Of a DNA stretch of 64,000 bases, positions 19,161 to 29,244 are shown piece after piece. Source of the DNA: a bacterium (GTDB lineage Bacteria; Patescibacteriota; Patescibacteriia; JAACEG01; JAGUWE01); the NCBI GenBank assembly GCA_043798995.1, contig JAZDOD010000011.1, positions 4,737 to 68,736 of the forward strand, read 5' to 3'. Position numbers and translations under genes: made by a program. The first letter of the stretch is position 1. Each line of letters opens with the position of its first letter. The notes under the pieces were generated by a model that searched no databases, had not been told where the DNA came from, and saw nothing but the letters and a program-made list of their open reading frames with translations.

Positions 19161-19542
19161 TGTCATTCCTGCGGAAGCAGGAATCCAGACGATTAAAGAT
19201 CATAATACAGATCTTGCCAGTTAGGATTTGATTTTTCAATTAATTCTAATTTCCATTTTCTCTTCCATTTTTTTAATCTTTTTTCACCCTCGATAGCACT
19301 TTCTATACTAGCCGTTTCTTCGTAATAAACTAAATTATGGATTTTATACTTTTTCGTAAAACCGGAAATTAAATCGTTTTTATGTTCGTAAATCCTCTTT
19401 TTTAAATTTGATGTCACTCCGATATATAGAGTACCATTTCTTTTACTTGCCAAGATATAAACGTAATAAGATTTCATTGTTTTCTGGATCCCGCATCCCG
19501 CCTGCATTAAAATTACGGCGGGCAGGCAAGTGCGGGATGACA
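19161..19542. mobile_element. ~382-bp GIY-YIG-encoding unit bounded by inverted hairpin ends (TGTCATTCCTGCGGAAGCAGGAATCCAGA ... TCTGGATCCCGCAT...GTGCGGGATGACAT)
   Basis: Both ends occur fused, without the gene, as the 61-bp MITE at 55868-55928. Confidence 0.6.
19193..19477 (-). CDS. GIY-YIG nuclease family small protein
   Basis: MKSYYVYILASKRNGTLYIGVTSNLKKRIYEH...; the first 22 codons of the listed ORF lie in the right hairpin end, so start moved to M23. Confidence 0.8.
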   Translation of the reverse strand: MKSYYVYILASKRNGTLYIGVTSNLKKRIYEHKNDLISGFTKKYKIHNLVYYEETASIESAIEGEKRLKKWKRKWKLELIEKSNPNWQDLYYDL

Positions 19543-19596
19543 TAGGGAGAATTAGTGTGGAATGACAAAATAAATATTGTTAGGATGACAGAAAAT

Positions 19597-20409
19597 TTAC
19601 ACCGCTACCGGCGCTTTGATGGCCGGATGAGGATCATAATTTTCTAAAGTAAAATCTTCGTAGTGGAAACCGAAAATATCTTTGACTTCGGGATTAATTT
19701 TCATAATGGGTAGAGCTCGCGGCTCGCGGCTGAGCTGGAGTTTGACTTGCTCAAAATGATTATTGTAAATATGGACATCTCCGAAAGTATGAACAAAATC
19801 GCCAGGTTCCGTGCCCGTAGTTTGCGCCATCATCATGGTAAGCAGCGCGTAAGAAGCAATGTTAAAAGGCACGCCTAAAAAAACATCGGCGCTTCGCTGG
19901 TAAAGCTGGCAGGAAAGTTTATTATTGGCGACATAAAACTGAAAAATCATATGGCAGGGCGGGGGAGCAGTTTTTTTGCCGGAAATAAGTTGCCGCAAAT
20001 CCCCGACATTCCAGCCGCTGACAATAATGCGGCGGCAGTCAGGATTTTTTCTTATCATCTCCTGCGCCTCGGCGATTTGATTTATTTTTGTGCCGTCAGT
20101 CGCTTCCCAGCGCGTCCATTGTTTGCCATAAATTGGGCCAAGTTCGCCATTCTCATCAGCCCAAGCGTCCCAGATAGTCACGCCATTGTCATTTAAATAT
20201 TTAACATTAGTATCACCGCGCAAAAACCATAAAAGTTCATAAATAATTGATTTAAGGTGCAATTTTTTAGTTGTGACCAGCGGAAATCCTTCGGCTAGAT
20301 TAAAGCGCATTTGATAGCCAAAAATACTTTTTGTGCCGGTTCCGGTGCGGTCAGATTTATCAACGCCTTTATCTAAAATAGTTTGGAGAAGCTCTAGATA
20401 TTGCTTCAT
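19597..20409 (-). CDS. thyA: Thymidylate synthase
   Basis: [11 protein letters not shown] with catalytic Cys, [20 protein letters not shown]. Confidence 0.95.
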   Translation of the reverse strand: MKQYLELLQTILDKGVDKSDRTGTGTKSIFGYQMRFNLAEGFPLVTTKKLHLKSIIYELLWFLRGDTNVKYLNDNGVTIWDAWADENGELGPIYGKQWTRWEATDGTKINQIAEAQEMIRKNPDCRRIIVSGWNVGDLRQLISGKKTAPPPCHMIFQFYVANNKLSCQLYQRSADVFLGVPFNIASYALLTMMMAQTTGTEPGDFVHTFGDVHIYNNHFEQVKLQLSREPRALPIMKINPEVKDIFGFHYEDFTLENYDPHPAIKAPVAV

Positions 20410-20421
20410 AAATTATTTAAT

Positions 20422-20982
20422 TTATATTTTTATTATATTGCCTATTATTGCATCAACTTGATTGAACAAACTTTCAAAGGTGCCGGTGTTATCAATGTTA
20501 TAATCAGCCATAACAATCGGCCCGGCCTGGAAAAGATTTTCAATCTGGGCATAGTCTCGGCCTTGCGCTTCTTGGGGAGTTAATGGCCTTAAAAGGCGTT
20601 TGCCCAAGCGTTCATATCTTAACTTGGGCGAAGCATAAATGGCAATGGTAATAAAATCATCACCAAATTTTTCCCGAAAAAGAAGATATTCCTGCCAGTC
20701 ATAAAGACTTTCAACCAAGATCGGCGAATCGCCAGGCAGTTCCTCTATTTTTTTAATTATTTGGCTGGCGTAATAAAGCCGACCGTATTTATCCCGTAAG
20801 CCTTCACGGACCATTCGTTCATTTTTTTCATTTATTTCCAAACCTTGTTTTTTTGTTTCGTCAAAGGTTACATCGCCAAAATAAACTTTGGGCCAATTGT
20901 ATTTTCCTATCAAATAATTGATAACCTCGGTTTTACCGGAGCCGGGCAGTCCCAAAATGGCGACGATTTTTCTTTTGGTCAT
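20422..20982 (-). CDS. P-loop nucleotide kinase (dNMP-kinase-like; exact substrate unknown)
   Basis: Walker A GLPGSGKT; first gene of the thyA-folA-tmk operon. Confidence 0.45.
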   Translation of the reverse strand: MTKRKIVAILGLPGSGKTEVINYLIGKYNWPKVYFGDVTFDETKKQGLEINEKNERMVREGLRDKYGRLYYASQIIKKIEELPGDSPILVESLYDWQEYLLFREKFGDDFITIAIYASPKLRYERLGKRLLRPLTPQEAQGRDYAQIENLFQAGPIVMADYNIDNTGTFESLFNQVDAIIGNIIKI

Positions 20983-21040
20983 AATTATCTCTGATTAATA
21001 AGTTATTAAATTTTGTCTAATCCCTTTTGGTTGTTATCAA

Positions 21041-21117
21041 GAGAAAAAAGCAGGGGATGAGCCCCTCTTTTGTGGATAAATCGTTTTCATTATATCAAAT
21101 GATTTTTGATTTGGCAA
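21041..21117 (-). promoter_or_regulatory. Minus-strand consensus promoter (TTGCCA-17-TATAAT) followed by a DnaA box and a terminator-like hairpin, upstream of the thymidylate operon
   Basis: Plus-strand ATTATA 21089-21094, TGGCAA 21112-21117; TGTGGATAA 21071-21079; hairpin AGGGGATGAGCCCCT plus T-run. Confidence 0.35.
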
Positions 21118-21120
21118 AAA

Positions 21121-21154
21121 ACAAAAAATCCGCCTCTTCGGCGGATTTTTTGTT
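21121..21154. terminator. Bidirectional intrinsic terminator downstream of rplA
   Basis: AAAAAATCCGCC-TCTT-CGGCGGATTTTTT. Confidence 0.6.
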
Positions 21155-21207
21155 ATTAGAATCCCAATCATCTCAATTATCCTAACAATCCCAATAATCC
21201 CATTATT

Positions 21208-21888
21208 TTATACCTGCACTTTGATCCCCGGGCCCATAGTAGAACAGATAACAACATTTTTAAGAAAAATACCCTTGGAAGAAGTGGGCTTGGCTTTGCG
21301 AAGGGCCGCAGTAAAGGCCTCAAAATTTTCCAATAATTTTTTTGTTTCAAGCGAAACCTTGCCGATAGCCTGATGAATATTGCCGGTCTCATCGTTTTTA
21401 AAGTTGATTTTACCCTTTTTAATTTCCAAAATTGTTTTGGCAATATTGGTAGTGACAGTTTCGTTTTTTGGCGAAGGCATGAGTCCTTTAGGGCCTAAAA
21501 TTTTAGCAATTTGGGCTAAATTTTTCATCATCTCCGGCGTGGCAATGGCTACATCAAAATTAACTTTACTGCTTTTTTTGATTTCTTTAATTAAATCATC
21601 ACTGCCGACTAAATCAGCTCCGGCTTCTTTGGCCGTTTTAGCGTCTTTATCAGCCACAAAAGCGGCGATTTTTTTAGTTTTGCCGATCGGGTGAGGAAGT
21701 GTGGCTACCGTTCTGACTTGCTGATCGCTTTTTTTGGTATCAATGCCCAAACGGCAGTGGACTTCAACTGAAGCATCAAAGTGAGTGGTTGAAATTTTTT
21801 TTACCAACTCTATAGCTTCCTCCGGAGAGTAAGTTTTGTTTTTGTCAATAAGTTTTGTGATTTCCTGATAACGTTTGCTTCTTGGCAT
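21208..21888 (-). CDS. rplA: 50S ribosomal protein L1
   Basis: MPRSKRYQEITKLIDKNKTYSPEEAIELVK..., 226 aa. Confidence 0.95.
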   Translation of the reverse strand: MPRSKRYQEITKLIDKNKTYSPEEAIELVKKISTTHFDASVEVHCRLGIDTKKSDQQVRTVATLPHPIGKTKKIAAFVADKDAKTAKEAGADLVGSDDLIKEIKKSSKVNFDVAIATPEMMKNLAQIAKILGPKGLMPSPKNETVTTNIAKTILEIKKGKINFKNDETGNIHQAIGKVSLETKKLLENFEAFTAALRKAKPTSSKGIFLKNVVICSTMGPGIKVQV

Positions 21889-21913
21889 ACCTTAAAAATT
21901 TTAAATTTTAAAT

Positions 21914-22339
21914 TTAGTCTTTAACTTCTATCCCCATTTGTCGAGCCGTGCCTTCAATAATTTTCATTGCCGCTTCAACTGAATTAGCGTTTAAATCGGG
22001 TAGTTTTTTTTCGGCGATTTCTCTGATTTGCGCCTTGGTGACTTTGCCGACTTTTTCGGTCAGGGGTTTGCCAGAACCTTTTTGAATACTGGCTGCTTTT
22101 TTCAGAAGTTCGGCGGCCGGCGGAGTTTTAGTGATAAAAGCATAGGTTCTGTCTTCGTAAACGGTAATTTCCACCGGTGTAATTTCACCTAATTGTTTTT
22201 GAGTTAAGGCATTGAACTTAGAACAGAATTCAGCAATATTTAAGCCATGTTGGCCCAAGGCCGGACCAACCGGAGGAGCGGGCGTTGCTTGTCCGGCCGG
22301 AATTTGTAATTTGATAATTGTTTTAATCTTTTTAGCCAT
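21914..22339 (-). CDS. rplK: 50S ribosomal protein L11
   Basis: [34 protein letters not shown]; start trimmed from listed ORF. Confidence 0.95.
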   Translation of the reverse strand: MAKKIKTIIKLQIPAGQATPAPPVGPALGQHGLNIAEFCSKFNALTQKQLGEITPVEITVYEDRTYAFITKTPPAAELLKKAASIQKGSGKPLTEKVGKVTKAQIREIAEKKLPDLNANSVEAAMKIIEGTARQMGIEVKD

Positions 22340-22384
22340 ACTTTTCCAAAAAATTCGAAATTCGAAGCACGAAATTCGAAACAA

Positions 22385-22517
22385 TATTTAATTTTTTAAA
22401 TTCCAAACAATTTTGAATTTTGGAATTTATAATTTGTGATTTGTTTAGTATTTCGCCCCTATCATTCGATGGGGCGACCCGTCGGATGACTGGGTCGGAT
22501 TTGGGGTTTCGGATTTG
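22385..22517 (-). promoter_or_regulatory. Structured rplK-rplA leader (candidate L1 autoregulatory site)
   Basis: Hairpins GACCCAGTCATCCGACGGGTC and GCCCCATCGAATGATAGGGGC on the mRNA strand, tandem TTCGAA-containing repeats; not U-rich. Confidence 0.3.
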
Positions 22518-23063
22518 TTAGATTTTTTTCACCTGAAGGAAATCCAATTCCACCGGAGTTTCGCGGCCAAAGACAGAAACTAAAATCTTAACTTTGCCGC
22601 GCTCTTCATCAATTTCGGCGACCTTGCCTTCATAATTCTTAAACGGGCCGTCAATTATTCTGACCGGCATTCCCTCGGTAATATCAATCTTGAATTTTGG
22701 TTCTTCCACGCCCATTCGTTTTTGCAAGGCCTCAACTTCTTCTTTGGAAATCGGAATAGGAGTAGTGCCGGAGCCGATAAAACCCGTGACGTTGGGAGTG
22801 TTGCGAACCACATACCAAGAATCGTCGGTCACCAGCATTTCCACCAAAACATAACCAGGGAAAATTTTTTCGGTGACGACTTTCCTTTTGCTATTTTTAA
22901 TTTTAATCTTTTTCTCGGTGGGAATCAGAATATTGAAGATTTTGTCTTCCATACCCATTGATTCCACGCGCTGGCGCAAATTGTGAGCAACATTTTCTTC
23001 ATAGCCGGAGTAAGTGTGAATGACATACCATTGCCGCCCTCGGTCTATAATTTGCTTAGGCAT
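22518..23063 (-). CDS. nusG: Transcription termination/antitermination factor NusG
   Basis: NGN domain WYVIHTYSGYE, KOW motif GMPVRIIDGPFKNYEGKV. Confidence 0.9.
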   Translation of the reverse strand: MPKQIIDRGRQWYVIHTYSGYEENVAHNLRQRVESMGMEDKIFNILIPTEKKIKIKNSKRKVVTEKIFPGYVLVEMLVTDDSWYVVRNTPNVTGFIGSGTTPIPISKEEVEALQKRMGVEEPKFKIDITEGMPVRIIDGPFKNYEGKVAEIDEERGKVKILVSVFGRETPVELDFLQVKKI

Positions 23064-23072
23064 ATCTAGAGA

Positions 23073-23267
23073 TTATTTATTAATTACTAAATTGACAAGC
23101 AAGGTAAAACCATAGTCAAGAGTTCCTAAAAAAATCGCTAGTCCCAAACTAATGCCAATAACCAAAAAGGAGTGGTTAATAGTTTCCTGGCGAGAAGGCC
23201 AACTTACTTTTTTAAGCTCTTGACGCGAAGCCTTGACATAATTAATTAATTGATTAAAAAGTTTCAT
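23073..23267 (-). CDS. secE: Preprotein translocase subunit SecE
   Basis: 64 aa, single C-terminal TM; conserved secE-nusG-rplK-rplA order. Confidence 0.8.
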   Translation of the reverse strand: MKLFNQLINYVKASRQELKKVSWPSRQETINHSFLVIGISLGLAIFLGTLDYGFTLLVNLVINK

Positions 23268-23304
23268 AAATTAAGAAATAAAATCATTTAATTAAAACTC
23301 TATC

Positions 23305-23335
23305 TTAAAAAGACCCCCGGGGTCTTTGATTATTT
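23305..23335. terminator. Intrinsic terminator after gyrB
   Basis: Palindrome AAAGACCCCCGGGGTCTTT with flanking T/A runs. Confidence 0.5.
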
Positions 23336-23374
23336 TATAGTATAGCATAATTAAAAAATTTGGCAAGAGGAGGT

Positions 23375-25465
<2,091 letters not shown>

Positions 25466-25656
25466 TTACTTTCCTCGTTATTTTAGATAGTTTTATAATC
25501 AATATTTAAATTAAAAATTGGCTTCAATCAGCCAAAATTTGGCGTCTTTTTTTTATTCTTTTAACTATAATTATTTTAGCATATCGGGAAAAAAATGGCA
25601 AGGCCATTTTTTTTATTTTTTTTAAATTTATGGTATAATTCTAAATAATAAATCTT

Positions 25657-26502
25657 ATGCCTGTATCAAACAAACAAAAAACCAACGGACAGTTGAGTTT
25701 TGGTTATTGGTGGGTCAGTAACCACCTGCTTATCAAGAAAATATTGCTTTGGCTTTTCGTTGTTTTTGATGCTTTTCTAATTGGTTTGTCGGTTTATTTT
25801 ATTGTCAGTTTTTCCCTGGAAAAGCCGTTGACCTGGGTTTTTACGCCGATTCGTTATGCCCAGCCGCCTCAAGCGCTTGAAGTTTTGGAAACTCAAGTTT
25901 TATCCACTGGCATTAACCGCTATGATTTAATAGCCAGAGTTAAAAATCCTAACGCTGCTATTGCCGTGGCTTCATTTGATTATCGTTTTAAAAGCGGAAC
26001 TTTTGTCGGCGAATTTCGCCGCAGTTTTATTTTACCCAATGAGGAAAAATTTTTAGTTGAACTGGGAGTTGAAAGCCAAACCGCGCCTAATTTAGCCGAA
26101 ATTGAAATTGCCACTAATATCCACTGGCTGCGTCTTGGCAAAATTCTGCCACCAGGTGGGTATGATGATTTTCGGGAAAATCACCTTAATTTTGAAATCA
26201 AAAACAAGGCTTTTACTTCGGCCGCTGAGCTGAAAGTGAGCGAGAAAATACCGATTAATAAATCCAGCTTTACCATTACTAATCAAACCGCTTACAGTTA
26301 TTATGAAGTCGGGCTTTTTATCGGTCTTTATAATTATGAAAAGTTAGTAGCCATTAATTATCTAAAACTTAATAATTTTTTAGCCGGCGAAAGCCGCCAA
26401 GTAGATTTGAACTGGCTGCAGAATCTGCCGCGCGTTAGCGAAATCAAAGTTGAGCCGGAAGTTAATATTCTTGACGAAGAAGCGTATATTAGACCTTTGT
26501 AA
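25657..26502 (+). CDS. Hypothetical membrane protein
   Basis: N-terminal TM helix, 281 aa; extended -10 TGgTATAAT upstream. Confidence 0.5.
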   Translation: MPVSNKQKTNGQLSFGYWWVSNHLLIKKILLWLFVVFDAFLIGLSVYFIVSFSLEKPLTWVFTPIRYAQPPQALEVLETQVLSTGINRYDLIARVKNPNAAIAVASFDYRFKSGTFVGEFRRSFILPNEEKFLVELGVESQTAPNLAEIEIATNIHWLRLGKILPPGGYDDFRENHLNFEIKNKAFTSAAELKVSEKIPINKSSFTITNQTAYSYYEVGLFIGLYNYEKLVAINYLKLNNFLAGESRQVDLNWLQNLPRVSEIKVEPEVNILDEEAYIRPL

Positions 26503-26520
26503 TTTATAAAATTAGGTTAT

Positions 26521-27630
26521 ATGAAATTAAAATTAAGTTATGTCAAACAATTTGACCTGATTTTACTAGCTTGCGTCGGGCTCTTGGTTTCAATCAGTTT
26601 AGCTACTATTTACAGTCTGGATTTGGCCAAAGATAATCCAGATTTTTTAAATTTTAATAAGCAACTGGTTTTTGCGGTTTTGGGCCTGGCTTTTCTTCTT
26701 TTTTTTAGTTTTTTGGATTACCGGTTGCTGCGCAATTACAGCTTTCTAATTTACACTTCAGCGGTTATTTTTTTAATTTCAGTTCTGTTTTTAGGCAGTG
26801 AAATTCACGGCACCAAAGGATGGTTTTATATCCGAGGTTTTGGCATTCAGCCGGTGGAGTTGGCCAAGATTGCCCTGATTATTTATTTAGCCAGTTTTTT
26901 TGCCCGGCATTCGCGCGAATCGCGGCGTTTTAGTTTCATTGGCATTACCGGTGTTATCACTTTTGGTTTAATCGCTTTAGTTTTGCTTCAGCCGGATCTT
27001 GGCTCGGCCACCATTTTAGCTTTGATCTGGCTGGGGATTTTGCTGATTTCCGGCATCAAACGCAAACATCTTCTGATTCTTGTCAGCATTTTTTTAATCA
27101 TTTTTATTTTTGCCTGGTTTTTTTTGCTTAAAGATTATCAGAAAGCGAGAATTCAGACTTTTTTTAATCCTTCGCTTAATCCGCGCGGCAGCGGTTACAA
27201 TGTTACCCAATCAATCGTGGCTGTCGGTTCCGGTAAAACCATTGGCCGCGGTTTGGAATCAGGCAGTCAAAGCCAGCTTAAATTTTTACCGGCCGCTGAA
27301 ACCGATTTTATTTTTGCCGTCATCGCCGAAAAACTGGGGATGGCCGGCGCCGGTTTGGTTTTGATAATCTGGTTTGTCCTTTTTTACCGGGGCTATAATT
27401 TATTGCGTCGCGTTCATGATGAGTTTGCCTTGTTTTTAATTATCGGCGCGATGATTTATTTTTTTGCCCAGGTTTTTCTTAATGTCGGCATGAATATCGG
27501 CATTGCGCCGGTGATGGGTTTGCCCTTGCCATTTTTGTCCGCCGGCGGGAGCTCACTCCTCACCAGCTTGGCCATTATCGGGATTTTGGAAAGTATTAAT
27601 ATCCGTAATCCAAAATTCAGGTCAGCGTAG
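26521..27630 (+). CDS. SEDS family peptidoglycan glycosyltransferase (FtsW/RodA)
   Basis: ~10 TM helices, GSGKTIGRGL, FLPAAETDFIFAVIAEKLG, PFLSAGGSSLL. Confidence 0.85.
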   Translation: MKLKLSYVKQFDLILLACVGLLVSISLATIYSLDLAKDNPDFLNFNKQLVFAVLGLAFLLFFSFLDYRLLRNYSFLIYTSAVIFLISVLFLGSEIHGTKGWFYIRGFGIQPVELAKIALIIYLASFFARHSRESRRFSFIGITGVITFGLIALVLLQPDLGSATILALIWLGILLISGIKRKHLLILVSIFLIIFIFAWFFLLKDYQKARIQTFFNPSLNPRGSGYNVTQSIVAVGSGKTIGRGLESGSQSQLKFLPAAETDFIFAVIAEKLGMAGAGLVLIIWFVLFYRGYNLLRRVHDEFALFLIIGAMIYFFAQVFLNVGMNIGIAPVMGLPLPFLSAGGSSLLTSLAIIGILESINIRNPKFRSA

Positions 27631-27708
27631 AGATAAGTTAAAAGTTAAAATTCAAAAGTTTTCCCTCCTTTAAGAAAGGAGGGTTAGGGTGGATTTAAAA
27701 ATAAAAAC

Positions 27709-27740
27709 AAGGTCGGTTTTTAAGCCGACCTTTTGAGGTT
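27709..27740 (+). terminator. Intrinsic terminator after the SEDS gene
   Basis: Stem AAGGTCGG/CCGACCTT then U-rich; preceded by SD/anti-SD hairpin CCCTCCTTTAAGAAAGGAGGG. Confidence 0.5.
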
Positions 27741-27832
27741 TCTCAAAAAGTCAAGGTTTTTCTTTTTAAGGAAGTTGTGGTAAAATATAATTAGTTAGAT
27801 TTAGGATTTATGATTTAAGAATTAAGGAATTT

Positions 27833-28432
27833 ATGGTGAACCCAAGCGTTAAAATTTCAAACATTATAACTAAAGACAATTATTTCAACAAACGAACTGG
27901 TCTTACTCTTATTGAGTTATTGGTAGTGATTGCTATCGTTGGTATTTTGTCTACCTTAACTATCATCACAATTAACTCCGCTAAAGCCAAAGCCCGAGAT
28001 GCCAAAAGAATGCATGACACCCGTCAAATCATTATTGCCTTGTCAATGTATTATCAAGATTATGGCTATTATCCCAAATATACTTTTAATTGCGGTTTTT
28101 TGATGAACTTTGGTGCAGAATGCTCAGGGGCAGATCCTTCTAATTTTTTAAAGCCGTTGCAAGACGCTGGTTATTTTGCCCAGACACCCGTTGATCCACT
28201 TAATAACGGGGGCTATTTTTATTATTATTTAAGTTACGCATGTGAGTTAACATTGGGTGGTAGTAGTCCAAATTATAATTCCAATACCCCAACAAATTAC
28301 GTACTTTGGTGGCAATACGAAAAAGCAAACAGAACCTGTGATAGCATCATTTATAATTTATGCAAAGTACCTCCTAATCAAGTGGATATTACCGGGTGGA
28401 TGAGTCACGCTGCTTGCAATTATAGTCAATAA
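27833..28432 (+). CDS. Type IV pilin-like protein (class III signal peptide)
   Basis: Prepilin motif KRTG-LTLIELLVVIAIVGIL with Glu at +5. Confidence 0.75.
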   Translation: MVNPSVKISNIITKDNYFNKRTGLTLIELLVVIAIVGILSTLTIITINSAKAKARDAKRMHDTRQIIIALSMYYQDYGYYPKYTFNCGFLMNFGAECSGADPSNFLKPLQDAGYFAQTPVDPLNNGGYFYYYLSYACELTLGGSSPNYNSNTPTNYVLWWQYEKANRTCDSIIYNLCKVPPNQVDITGWMSHAACNYSQ

Positions 28433-28459
28433 TATTTGGTTTAAACATATAATTTTATT

Positions 28460-28828
28460 ATGTCTCAAAACCCCGCCACTCAAGCGCTAAAATTTGTCCT
28501 GGTTGATTTAATCGGGGATGTTTTGTATTTTCCAATTTGGTGGTATAACGAGGGGTTGAAGAAAACCACCAATTTTTGCTTAAACCAAATTCGCGATATG
28601 GAAAAGAGTTTGGCTCTTAGAGTATGGCTCGTTAATTTTTTTGTGCCGATGTACGGCCAATATGATTGGCAGGGCCGGCTCATCAGTGTTTTTATGCGTT
28701 TTGCCCAGATTATTTATCGGATAATTGTGATTATTTTCTGGTCAATTTTAATTGCTTTACTTTTTTTAATTTATTTGATTCTGCCGTTTTTTGTTTTGAT
28801 TCAGATTTTATTGGTGATTGTTTCGTAA
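28460..28828 (+). CDS. Hypothetical membrane protein
   Basis: Hydrophobic C-terminal half (IIFWSILIALLFLIYLILPFFVLIQILLVIV). Confidence 0.45.
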   Translation: MSQNPATQALKFVLVDLIGDVLYFPIWWYNEGLKKTTNFCLNQIRDMEKSLALRVWLVNFFVPMYGQYDWQGRLISVFMRFAQIIYRIIVIIFWSILIALLFLIYLILPFFVLIQILLVIVS

Positions 28829-28840
28829 GGAATTTTTTTC

Positions 28841-29230
28841 TGTCATTGCGATCCGCCAGCTGGCGGAGAAGCAATCTCTTCCTTAATTTATGAAACACAA
28901 AAAATACTATGTCTATATAATGACTAATAAAACTAACTCCACGCTTTATAGCGGTGTAACAAATAATCTTAAAGAGAGAGTCTATCAACATAAAGGCAAA
29001 TTAATCGAAGGATTTACTAAAAAGTATAACATTAATAAATTAGTTTATTATGAGGAGTTTAACAATGCTTACGATGCAATCGCTCGAGAGAAACAAATTA
29101 AAGCGGGTTCAAGGAAAAAGAAAATTGAACTAATTGAGAAAGAAAATAAAAATTGGAAGAATTTAAGCGAAGATTGGTAAAGTGAGATTGCCGCGTCGTC
29201 CTGCCTGCGGCGGGACTCCTCGCAATGACA
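28841..29230. mobile_element. ~390-bp GIY-YIG-encoding unit with symmetric ends (TGTCATTGCGA-hairpin-GCAATCTC ... GAGATTGC-hairpin-TCGCAATGACA)
   Basis: 11-bp TIR TGTCATTGCGA/TCGCAATGACA plus inner inverted pair GCAATCTC/GAGATTGC; isolated ends at 11909 and 50748. Confidence 0.6.
28890..29180 (+). CDS. GIY-YIG nuclease family small protein
   Basis: YYVYIMTNKTNSTLYSGVTNNLKERVYQHK; paralog of 19193-19477. Confidence 0.8.
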   Translation: MKHKKYYVYIMTNKTNSTLYSGVTNNLKERVYQHKGKLIEGFTKKYNINKLVYYEEFNNAYDAIAREKQIKAGSRKKKIELIEKENKNWKNLSEDW

Positions 29231-29244
29231 AAAACACAAACTCC

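Noticed and set aside
19478-19543. N-terminal extensions of listed ORFs (GIY-YIG 19478-19543, gatB 17856-17891, Clp ATPase 29182-29244, rplK 22340-22384)
   Set aside because: Extensions are translations of MITE hairpins or leader sequence upstream of the conserved start; internal Met aligns with canonical N-termini.
25587-25614. Terminator-like hairpin AAAAAAATGGCAAGGCCATTTTTTT in the divergent gyrB / membrane-protein promoter region
   Set aside because: No upstream gene to terminate on either strand; probably an AT-rich palindrome or remnant. Noted but not called as a terminator.
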